Of a DNA stretch of 32,000 nucleotides, positions 8,210 through 23,551 are shown one piece after another (within the stretch, counting starts at the first letter, position 1; each line of letters opens with the position of its first letter). The DNA is from Dickeya solani IPO 2222 (lineage in GTDB: Bacteria; Pseudomonadota; Gammaproteobacteria; Enterobacterales; Enterobacteriaceae). The notes under the pieces are model-generated. The model did no database searches. It was given only the letters and a program-made list of their open reading frames with translations, and was not told the DNA's origin. The stretch lies in the NCBI RefSeq assembly GCF_001644705.1, contig NZ_CP015137.1:540001-572000 (forward strand). Reading direction: 5' to 3'. The translations under genes and the position numbers were made by a program.

Positions 8210-9016
8210 GTGACCCTGATGACACACCTTTTGCACGCCGAGCAATTAACGCTGGGCTACGACAACAAAATCATCACCCGGGATCTGAGCGTGGCGATCC
8301 CGGCCGGTAAATTCAGCGTGATCATCGGCCCCAATGCCTGCGGCAAATCCACCCTGCTGCGTGCGCTGTGCCGCCTGTTGAAACCGATGGCGGGCGACGT
8401 ACTGCTGGACGGCACCAGCATCCACCGCATTCCCACCAAAACGCTGGCCCGGCAACTGGGGCTATTGCCGCAACACGCCATCGTGCCGGACAACATCACC
8501 GTGATGGATCTGGTGGCGCGCGGGCGTTATCCGCACCAGACGCTGCTGCGCCAGTGGAGCGATGCGGATCAAACGGCGGTGGAACAGGCGATGGCGGCCA
8601 CCAACGTCAGCGAGCTGGCGGAGCGCAGCGTGGACGAGCTCTCCGGCGGCCAGCGCCAGCGGGTCTGGATCGCGATGGTGCTGGCGCAGCAAACGCCGCT
8701 GTTGTTGCTGGACGAGCCCACCACCTGGCTGGATATCGCCCATCAGATCGACCTGCTGGACCTGTTCCGCGAACTGAATCAGCAACACGACCGCACGCTG
8801 GTAGCGGTGCTGCACGACCTCAATCAAGCCTGCCGCTACGCCGATCACCTGATCGTGATGCGCGCAGGTGCGGTGATGGCCCAAGGCGCACCGGCCGACA
8901 TCATCACCGCCGAGCTGGTGCAAGACGTGTTCGGCATGGCCTGCGTCATCATCGACGACCCGGTCTCCCACACCCCGCTGATTGTGCCCTGCGGCCGCCA
9001 TCACCCGGCGCCTTAA
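8210..9016 (+). CDS. fepC: Ferric-siderophore ABC transporter ATP-binding protein, FepC homolog (CbuC)
   Basis: Walker A GPNACGKSTLL, ABC signature LSGGQRQRVWIA, Walker B LLLLDEPTTWLD. Colinear with E. coli FepC from memory (EQLTLGY..., ARGRYPHQ.L, AVLHDLNQACRYA.HLI). The ORF-track start is GTG 8210; ATG 8219 with an upstream AAGAG is an equally good start. Confidence 0.92.
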   Translation: MTLMTHLLHAEQLTLGYDNKIITRDLSVAIPAGKFSVIIGPNACGKSTLLRALCRLLKPMAGDVLLDGTSIHRIPTKTLARQLGLLPQHAIVPDNITVMDLVARGRYPHQTLLRQWSDADQTAVEQAMAATNVSELAERSVDELSGGQRQRVWIAMVLAQQTPLLLLDEPTTWLDIAHQIDLLDLFRELNQQHDRTLVAVLHDLNQACRYADHLIVMRAGAVMAQGAPADIITAELVQDVFGMACVIIDDPVSHTPLIVPCGRHHPAP

Positions 9017-9104
9017 AAAAGCCGGGTAACAAAGCAAGCGTACCTGCAACGTGGAATATGGCGGGTATACCTGCCCCAATTTTCCAGCTGATAAATTCCT
9101 TCCA

Positions 9105-9140
9105 GTTATCGCTTTTACTCAGAAAAATAAAAGCGATAAC
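9105..9140. repeat. Perfect 13-bp inverted repeat (palindromic site or hairpin) in the AT-rich intergenic region
   Basis: gttatcgctttta (9105-9117) / taaaagcgataac (9128-9140) are exact reverse complements separated by ctcagaaaaa. Confidence 0.8.
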
Positions 9141-9338
9141 GTCCTAACTAAATAAATAACAAAAAAACAATATAAGTTAATAACTTTATTTTTTAACTCA
9201 TTATTCGATTCTATAAAATATTTTAAGATTTAATACACTCTATAAATCGTTGTTTTAAGCGCGAAGGGTGTGATGTTGGTTTTATTTTGTTTTTAGCTGT
9301 GCTAATAATCTCGCCAGTTCGATAACAGAAGGAAATGA

Positions 9339-9378
9339 TTTATTACTTATTATTTATTACTTATTATTTATTATTTAC
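9339..9378. repeat. 14-bp AT-rich tandem repeat, about 2.8 copies
   Basis: tttattacttatta (9339-9352), tttattacttatta (9353-9366), then a truncated or variant copy tttattatttac (9367-9378). Confidence 0.85.
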
Positions 9379-9467
9379 AACAAGGTAATCACTCAAGTTA
9401 CAGGTTCGCGTTCACCTGTTAAACCACGCCACACATTGCCCATTCAGGGCAAGGCTTCTTATTGAGC

Positions 9468-9580
9468 CTTCAGATTGCTGACAGAGCCTGTTATTAGGCG
9501 AAGTACGGCAGTAAAGTCGTGGCGGCGGGAGTCGCCGGGAAATACGGATATACTGCAAACAGTTTAGCAATCGCCTTATA
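9468..9580 (+). repeat. Short copy (A) of an unclassified intergenic repeat also found at 31080-31285
   Basis: An identical 16-mer cttcagattgctgaca lies at 9468-9483 and 31080-31095. It is followed by similar blocks in the same order: gacagagcctgttattaggcgaagt vs gacaaacaccttgattatcggtgagt; gggagtcgccggga vs gcgacttcgccgggt; gtttagcaatcgcc vs gtttagccaccagcc. Copy A lacks the central palindrome of copy B. Alignment was done by eye and the boundaries are approximate. Confidence 0.5.
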
Positions 9581-9582
9581 AT
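9554..9582 (+). promoter_or_regulatory. Possible sigma70 promoter for the GT2 gene
   Basis: Perfect -10 hexamer tataat at 9577-9582, with a weak -35 tgcaaa at 9554-9559 (17-bp spacer). It is about 55 nt upstream of ATG 9639. In AT-rich DNA such matches are common. Confidence 0.3.
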
Positions 9583-9638
9583 GCAGCCAACGCCCCTGCA
9601 ATTTGAAGTATGACGGATATATTCATAAGGGATTATGT

Positions 9639-11477
9639 ATGGAAAGTATCTTGCGTGACAGTGAGGTTGCGCTTTATTGGGCCTCACTGATGGCGTTTTA
9701 CAGCGTCGCGGCTAAAATTATCTACTTTTATGCCCCCGACAAAAGAAATTGGCTGCCCGTCAGCTTATGGGGTATTGCCATGATCTTGGGATTTTCTGGC
9801 ATTGCATGGATATATAATGATATAGCATCAGCATTCCCCCCACTGGTGGTCACACTGTTTTCCGGTATTATTTTTTATTTTTCAATTCCCAGACTGAATG
9901 TTTTTGGTGCGGGTCATTTGGGTTGTACAGTTTATTTCCCTGTCAGCGTAACCATGCTACTGAATGATATCAATAATCAAACACAACTCCCGTTGGGTGG
10001 CATAATCCTGATAATGATAATACAGATATATTTCATTATCAGCATTTTTGTTAAACCATTCTTTGTCGCTAACTCCAACTTCTCAGAACTATTTGTTCGC
10101 TTCCCTCGCCGCGACAAGGCTATCTCAGCAACAAAAGAGAGCAATCCGGATTTCATCCCTCGGATTTCCATTCATCTGCCTTGTTATTCTGAGCCACCTA
10201 ATTTAGTGATAAATACATTGAATGCACTGGCGGTATTAAACTACCCGAATTTTGAAGTGGTGGTGATTGATAATAACACCAAGGATAAAAATCTCTGGTT
10301 GCCGGTTAAAGAGCATTGCATGAAACTGGGATCACGTTTTCGTTTTTTTCACGTGGAACCGTTATCAGGCGCCAAAGCAGGGGCACTGAATTTTGCGCTA
10401 AAAGTGATGGATCACTCAGCGGAAATCGTGGCAGTGGTGGATGCCGATTATATTGCAGAGCCCGATTTTTTAAAGCACTACATCCCGTTATTCCAGGATA
10501 AACAGGTTGGATTTATCCAGACCAGCCATGACTATCGAGAATGGCAGAACAGTGAGATGCTCTCGGGGGCCTATTACGAATATATGCCATTCCATAAGCT
10601 AATACTGCCTGCCTATAATGAATATGATGGAGCCTATACCGTTGGCACCATGTGTATGCTGCGGCGTGAAGCGCTGGAGCAGGTTGGTGGTTGGGCAGAA
10701 TGGGCATTGACAGAAGATTCAGAGATAGCGGTTCGACTCCATGCCATTGGCTATTCCGGTCATGTTTTTGCCGATACCTGGGGACGGGGGTTGATTCCTG
10801 AAACGATGGAGGCTATCAAGAAACAGCAATTTCGCTGGAATGCCGGCCCGGTTGAGCAGTTTAAAAAGCACTGGCGATTATATCTGGGGCTGGGCAACAA
10901 TGGGCAACTCAGCTTTGCGCAGAAGATCCTTGAATTACGCCACAGTTTTGAACGTTTCCCAATGGCAATGCGCTTTGTAATATCACCATTTTTATTTCTG
11001 CTTGTTGCCTGGTCTGGTCTGGCGGGGATGCCAGTGATCATTCCCGATGCGTTTATTACTTTAATGATAATACACACTATCATGTCTCCTTTTCGCTTTT
11101 TTTTGAAATTAAGACTGATGAGAAAAGTGACATTAAAAAATTGTATATTTAATTTTATTGCCATGCAAAGCCTGCAATGGACATATATAAAAGGATTTCT
11201 GATGCCTTTTTTCCGCTCTAATTTACGTTGGCATCGTACCGATAAGTTTCAGGCTACCAGCAATCTGTCCCGAGCCTGGCAACATAGCCGTATGGAAACC
11301 TGTCTGGCACTGATTCATTTTTCCTGTGCAGTATTTATGATGAATCTTGCTTCTTTTTCTCCTGTGAATATTCATGCGATGCTTGCAGTCTGGTTTACCA
11401 CTCAAGGGCTGGCGTTCCTGTGTACGTTGCTCGCGTCTTTATTACTGGAACGCGACCTGAGACGTATTCAGACGTAA
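9639..11477 (+). CDS. Polytopic family-2 glycosyltransferase with a processive beta-glycan synthase signature (BcsA/PgaC/NodC/hyaluronan-synthase-like)
   Basis: ORF 9603..11477 starts at TTG. I prefer ATG 9639, preceded by AAGGGA at a 6-nt spacing. About five N-terminal hydrophobic helices (aa ~12-143). The GT-A catalytic core has the ordered motifs ISIHLPCYSEPP, VVVIDNNTKD, GAKAGALNFAL, VVDADY (DxD), TEDSE (TED) and QQFRWNAG (QxxRW). Four to five C-terminal helices follow. No PilZ-like RxxxR/DxSxxG region is visible. The gene is markedly AT-rich relative to its flanks. Confidence 0.85.
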   Translation: MESILRDSEVALYWASLMAFYSVAAKIIYFYAPDKRNWLPVSLWGIAMILGFSGIAWIYNDIASAFPPLVVTLFSGIIFYFSIPRLNVFGAGHLGCTVYFPVSVTMLLNDINNQTQLPLGGIILIMIIQIYFIISIFVKPFFVANSNFSELFVRFPRRDKAISATKESNPDFIPRISIHLPCYSEPPNLVINTLNALAVLNYPNFEVVVIDNNTKDKNLWLPVKEHCMKLGSRFRFFHVEPLSGAKAGALNFALKVMDHSAEIVAVVDADYIAEPDFLKHYIPLFQDKQVGFIQTSHDYREWQNSEMLSGAYYEYMPFHKLILPAYNEYDGAYTVGTMCMLRREALEQVGGWAEWALTEDSEIAVRLHAIGYSGHVFADTWGRGLIPETMEAIKKQQFRWNAGPVEQFKKHWRLYLGLGNNGQLSFAQKILELRHSFERFPMAMRFVISPFLFLLVAWSGLAGMPVIIPDAFITLMIIHTIMSPFRFFLKLRLMRKVTLKNCIFNFIAMQSLQWTYIKGFLMPFFRSNLRWHRTDKFQATSNLSRAWQHSRMETCLALIHFSCAVFMMNLASFSPVNIHAMLAVWFTTQGLAFLCTLLASLLLERDLRRIQT

Positions 11478-11588
11478 TTCCATATTTGGGGAATAGCGAA
11501 ACGGTGTCAGGGGATAATGACGTCAGTCTCGGGTAAGTGACGCGGTCATTATGCCCGGCGCCATGAGCAAAAGCAGAGGGTACTGCCA

Positions 11589-12926
11589 GTGTATTATCGT
11601 ATGTGCATGATAGCGAGTGCAACAGGCTTGGCCCAGGCTGCTGGCAACAGCGCATCAACCGGGGCTGATGAGTGGCGGGGTCGGTTGCTTTACGCCTATG
11701 CGCAGGGCGACAGGAAAAATCTGCCGCAAGGCCAGCGTTATCAACCTCTCAACGAACACGGTACTGCGGCAGTCGGTGTCGATTATCTCAGCCGCCCGCT
11801 TGGCGGCGTCTGGCGGCTGGCATTGGGCGGAATTGGCACCGTCCAACTGGCGCGCCAGGATAAACACTACCTTGATGAACTTGCTTTCAGCAACAGCCGT
11901 ACCCGCTGGAAAGAAAACTGGCGTGGAGATCACAGCGGCGTCAGTCTGTATCGGGCGGCAATCGAATTCGCTCAAAGGAACAGGTGGGGACGGGCAGGCT
12001 ATCTGCAACCGGCCGGACAGACGTTGATCGTTGCCAACTGGGGCGCGGTGCCGGGAACCTACCGGGGAGTTGAGGTCGGTATGAAACAGATCGTGGCGGC
12101 GGATACCTCGCTCGCGCTGTCCTATTTCTGGAGTGACCGCTATAAGGCCCCTTGGTATCAACGATTTTATGATTTTCGTCAGACCGATGGACGTACGCCA
12201 ATTGCCTATATCCACTCATTGGGCGCGGCATACCGTTATCGTCAGCTAGGGTTGGAACTGGCCTACGGTCAGGCGGAGGGTTACATGGAGCAATATATGG
12301 CGAAGTTCGCCTGGGATCAGGACGAATTATCGCTCAGTTATCAGTTTTACGCCGCTCGTGATCGCATCCAGCGTAACGGCCTGTATCAGGAATCGGATGT
12401 CTATGATGGCGTTGCCTGGCGGCAGGCGGTGACATCGGTCTTTAACCGCTACCCACTTGAATATCGTCTGGATATATCATGGGTACACGCGCCGGGCAAT
12501 CAGGGCTTTTTTTCCTCCGCCCCGACGTCAACTTATGCCTCATCGGCAGGACGGATGGATATCGGATGGGATTCCCGCGCCGATTTTAACGCTGATGGTG
12601 AAACCGCCGTATTCGCGGGTATTCGTTATGATTTCGCCGATATGGCATTACCTGGCTGGCGTGGCGGTGTGTCATACGCCCTCGGCTGGGGGGCAAAACC
12701 AAGCCTGGATCCACAATATCGCCAGACACTGCGGGTGGGTGAGTCCGCCCTACGTTTCTCACTGGATTACCAGTTACCCGCCTCGGTGTTTCCTGACGGC
12801 TCGATAGCGACTGCTCGCTATATTATTTATCACAATAACAGCCCGTATGCTGATTACGGTGGTGGCTATCGCAACCTGTTTCAGGATGAAAGATACGTGA
12901 AGTTGAATCTTAGTATCCCTTTTTAG
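11589..12926 (+). CDS. OprD-family outer-membrane barrel, ChiP (YbfM chitoporin) paralog
   Basis: 445-aa ORF from GTG 11589 (AGAGGG 8 nt upstream) with a short signal peptide MYYRMCMIASATGLAQA/AGNS. It is colinear with E. coli ChiP as recalled: W.GD.SG.SLY.AA..F......W.RAGY.QP.GQTL.....W...PGTY.G.E.G; YKAPW; Y.HS.GA.Y......LE.A.GQAEGY..QY.AK; SYQFY..RD; YDG.AW.QA.T; TYASS.GR.DI.WD.R.DFNA.GE.AVF.G..YD; GGGY.N.FQDER.VK. It ends ...LNLSIPF, an aromatic C-terminus typical of barrels. Confidence 0.85.
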   Translation: MYYRMCMIASATGLAQAAGNSASTGADEWRGRLLYAYAQGDRKNLPQGQRYQPLNEHGTAAVGVDYLSRPLGGVWRLALGGIGTVQLARQDKHYLDELAFSNSRTRWKENWRGDHSGVSLYRAAIEFAQRNRWGRAGYLQPAGQTLIVANWGAVPGTYRGVEVGMKQIVAADTSLALSYFWSDRYKAPWYQRFYDFRQTDGRTPIAYIHSLGAAYRYRQLGLELAYGQAEGYMEQYMAKFAWDQDELSLSYQFYAARDRIQRNGLYQESDVYDGVAWRQAVTSVFNRYPLEYRLDISWVHAPGNQGFFSSAPTSTYASSAGRMDIGWDSRADFNADGETAVFAGIRYDFADMALPGWRGGVSYALGWGAKPSLDPQYRQTLRVGESALRFSLDYQLPASVFPDGSIATARYIIYHNNSPYADYGGGYRNLFQDERYVKLNLSIPF

Positions 12927-13226
12927 CGTCAACGGCGCGAAAGATGAGACGGTGTCGCAGGGAGATTAACGTTATTACTCCACCCATATTACCCAACCCA
13001 TGCATTACACACCGTCCTTTGGAACCAATCCGGAAACCATTGCCGGCCACGCTCAACAGGGTTATCGCAGATTTTAGGCTGTACTACGCCATGATGCTGC
13101 TGCAACGCTGCGCGTCGCTGATGCAGCCCCAAATACCGCTATCAAGGCGGAGGATGGGGCGCAAAGGGCGTGATCGCTAGCCCAACAACGTTGAGCATGG
13201 CATTTGGGGATGCGGTTAACGCTATG

Positions 13227-13252
13227 TAATGGCCGACTGTCGTCGGCCATTA
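13227..13252. terminator. Terminator-like hairpin immediately downstream of the NRPS gene, between the convergent porin and NRPS genes
   Basis: Perfect 11-bp stem taatggccgac (13227-13237) / gtcggccatta (13242-13252) with loop tgtc. It lies 7 nt beyond the NRPS stop (13259-13261). There is no strong U-run on either strand. Confidence 0.55.
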
Positions 13253-13258
13253 TCCCTG

Positions 13259-21859
<8,601 letters not shown>

Positions 21860-21910
21860 GTTGTATTCCTTACTCCATCAACGGAAACATTCCTGACTGG
21901 GGAACGCCGG

Positions 21911-22129
21911 TTAGGCTTCAGTGGCCCGCAGACTGGCCGGGCGCATGTCTTGCCAGTGGGTTTCGGTATAGGCGATGCACGCCTCACGGGACTGCGGCCC
22001 GTATACCACACTCCACCCCGCCGGCACCGCGGCGAACTCCGGCCACAGGCTGTATTGCTGTTGTTCGTTGACCAGTACCAGAAACGCCAGACGATCATCG
22101 TCAAACGGATTCAGTTGTTCCTGACTCAT
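21911..22129 (-). CDS. MbtH-like protein (YbdZ homolog), NRPS adenylation-domain partner
   Basis: 72 aa: [42 protein letters not shown]... carries the MbtH signature (NPFDD, SLWP, PAGW). It lies 51 nt upstream of the NRPS start, at the same position as ybdZ before entF in E. coli. Confidence 0.92.
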   Translation of the reverse strand: MSQEQLNPFDDDRLAFLVLVNEQQQYSLWPEFAAVPAGWSVVYGPQSREACIAYTETHWQDMRPASLRATEA

Positions 22130-22240
22130 TGTTGTTACCTCGTGTTATTGGGCTGCACGCAACCTGTATAGCGCCGGCAGCCATTCATTCTTCGGCTGTG
22201 TGTGACAGCGGCTGGTGACTATTTGATCACCGAACGCCGC

Positions 22241-23548
22241 CTAATCCTGAGACGCCGCCCGTGGGTTATCGCTACTCAACAACCAGCGGAAACCGTCAAT
22301 CAACCCGCCGCGCCAGCACAAAGTGTCATGCCCGCCGGCATACACGCGCTGGCGAACCTGATGCCCGGCGGCGACCAGTGCGCCATGCATCTGTTGATTG
22401 ACGAAGGCGATGTCGGCTTCGCGTCGCCCCGCCTCCTGAAAAATCACCAGCGGCGACGCCGTCCGGCCGCCTTGCCGCACCTCGGTGACCAGCACGCCGG
22501 GTTCCAGCGTGTCGCGCTGGTCGAAATCGGTGATGAATTGCAGATTCGGCCACCAGAAAGAACCGGACTGGGTTAATACGCGGCCAAAGCGCTGCGGCCA
22601 GTGCAGCCCGGCGTACAGCGCCGCCAGCCCGCCGTAACTCTGGCCGGACACCACGGTGCGGTCCGGGTCGTCGCTGAACGGCGCCAGGCGCGCCGCCTGC
22701 GGCAATAATTCATCCTGCACCGCCTGCCAGAACGCGGTATCGCACGGCAGTTCCCGGCAGCGGGTTTCCCCATCAATAGCATCAATAAACAGCCAAACGG
22801 CAGGCGGCAGATGACCCGCTGCGGTTTCCGCTTCCAGCGCGGCAAACAGCGGTGTTTCTTCGGCCCATTTCTGCCCGTCCAGCACGATGCACAACGGCCG
22901 CTGCGCCGGCTCATCACTGATGCCGGTGGTGTACAGCCAGATACGCCGCTGGTTATCGAGCCGTTCGCTCTTCCAGTCCAATACCGTCAGCCGGGCAGCG
23001 TCCGGCGGCAACGCCGTACCGTTGTCCACCACGCGCCAGGCCTGCTGCGACGGCGCCGCCGGCATATGCGCGGCCGAGAGCTGCTCTCCCCACGATGAGT
23101 CACGGTTGAGCGGATCGGCAATCGCGCACGGAAACAGCGAACACCACCACTCCAACTGCTGTTCGTCACGCTGCTGTTCATCGTCGCTAAACACCGGCGG
23201 CAGCTGCGCCGCCACGATGGGAATCAGGGAATAACTGCCGCGCCAGTCATGCTCGATGGCCATCGACCAGTGCCAGACATCGGTGCCGGGCAACCGCTCC
23301 AGACTCTGCGGATCGATACTGTGGTGATCGGTCACGCCGTTGATATCGGCATACACCCGCCGGATAGCGGAATACCGTTCGTCACCATCCGGATCGCGCC
23401 AGAGAAACGTCACCCACACTCGCTCGCTATCCTGTGCTTCCACCAGTGGCGTTCCCAACCCGGCAACCTGTTGCCACCAGACCTCTTCTCCTGCCTGAGG
23501 CGATGACAAAAGTGTTGCGGCGAAACCTGACGGCTGTGCTGCCGGCAT
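22241..23548 (-). CDS. cbsH: Ferric-catecholate siderophore esterase, Fes homolog (CbsH-like)
   Basis: The ORF track starts at TTG 23551. ATG 23548 is preceded by GGGAGG at a 5-nt spacing. Colinear with E. coli Fes from memory (V.F.WRDP.G.E.YS.I.RV......GVTDHH, GTDVW.W, W.SERL.N.RR.W..TTG, LPPAV...IDAID...R..ELPC...FW.AVQ.ELLP, DRTVV.GQS.GGL.ALYAGLHWP.RFG, GGHD.LCWRGGL). Confidence 0.92.
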   Translation of the reverse strand: MPAAQPSGFAATLLSSPQAGEEVWWQQVAGLGTPLVEAQDSERVWVTFLWRDPDGDERYSAIRRVYADINGVTDHHSIDPQSLERLPGTDVWHWSMAIEHDWRGSYSLIPIVAAQLPPVFSDDEQQRDEQQLEWWCSLFPCAIADPLNRDSSWGEQLSAAHMPAAPSQQAWRVVDNGTALPPDAARLTVLDWKSERLDNQRRIWLYTTGISDEPAQRPLCIVLDGQKWAEETPLFAALEAETAAGHLPPAVWLFIDAIDGETRCRELPCDTAFWQAVQDELLPQAARLAPFSDDPDRTVVSGQSYGGLAALYAGLHWPQRFGRVLTQSGSFWWPNLQFITDFDQRDTLEPGVLVTEVRQGGRTASPLVIFQEAGRREADIAFVNQQMHGALVAAGHQVRQRVYAGGHDTLCWRGGLIDGFRWLLSSDNPRAASQD

Positions 23549-23551
23549 CAA

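Noticed and set aside
3620-9147. Antisense or off-frame ORFs across the transporter genes (3620..4414, 4782..5174, 6039..6620, 7045..7527, 7218..7766, 7590..8225, 8368..9147, 8462..9079)
   Set aside because: Each overlaps a gene with strong FepB, EntS, FepD, FepG or FepC similarity in another frame. Their compositions are low-complexity and they have no independent motifs.
9140-9340. Fur-box-like AT-rich strings upstream of the GT2 gene (e.g. around aactcattattcgatt)
   Set aside because: The best hand alignment is about 11/19 to consensus, which is near chance in such AT-rich DNA. There is therefore no sequence evidence that the insert is Fur-regulated.
9339-9378. CRISPR-like appearance of the short direct repeats
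   Set aside because: The repeats are 14 bp, directly abutting with no spacers, and there are fewer than three copies. This is a simple tandem repeat, not a CRISPR array.
9400-9638. Riboswitch (e.g. c-di-GMP class) or other dedicated leader upstream of the GT2 gene
   Set aside because: I could not recognise GEMM-type conserved segments. The most structured part belongs to a repeat that also occurs at 31080-31285 in a non-leader context.
9412-9687. 91-aa minus-strand ORF overlapping the GT2 start and repeat copy A
   Set aside because: It has no ribosome-binding site or recognisable motif. It overlaps the better-supported GT2 start and the repeat element.
11551-11610. Possible frameshift at the 5' end of the barrel gene. 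An out-of-frame ATG at 11551/11563 encodes MSKSRGYCQCIIVCA, which would make a longer signal peptide if joined to MIASATGLAQA.
   Set aside because: The in-frame GTG 11589 has a good AGAGGG Shine-Dalgarno at 8 nt and yields a short but workable signal peptide (MYYRMCMIASATGLAQA/A). There is no need to invoke a frameshift. Resequencing or orthologs could revisit this.
12944-13180. 78-aa ORF and other short frames in the 330-bp gap between the convergent barrel and NRPS genes; possible gene remnant
   Set aside because: No start context, no recognisable motif in any of the six frames, and the composition is not coding-like. I treat it as non-coding spacer.
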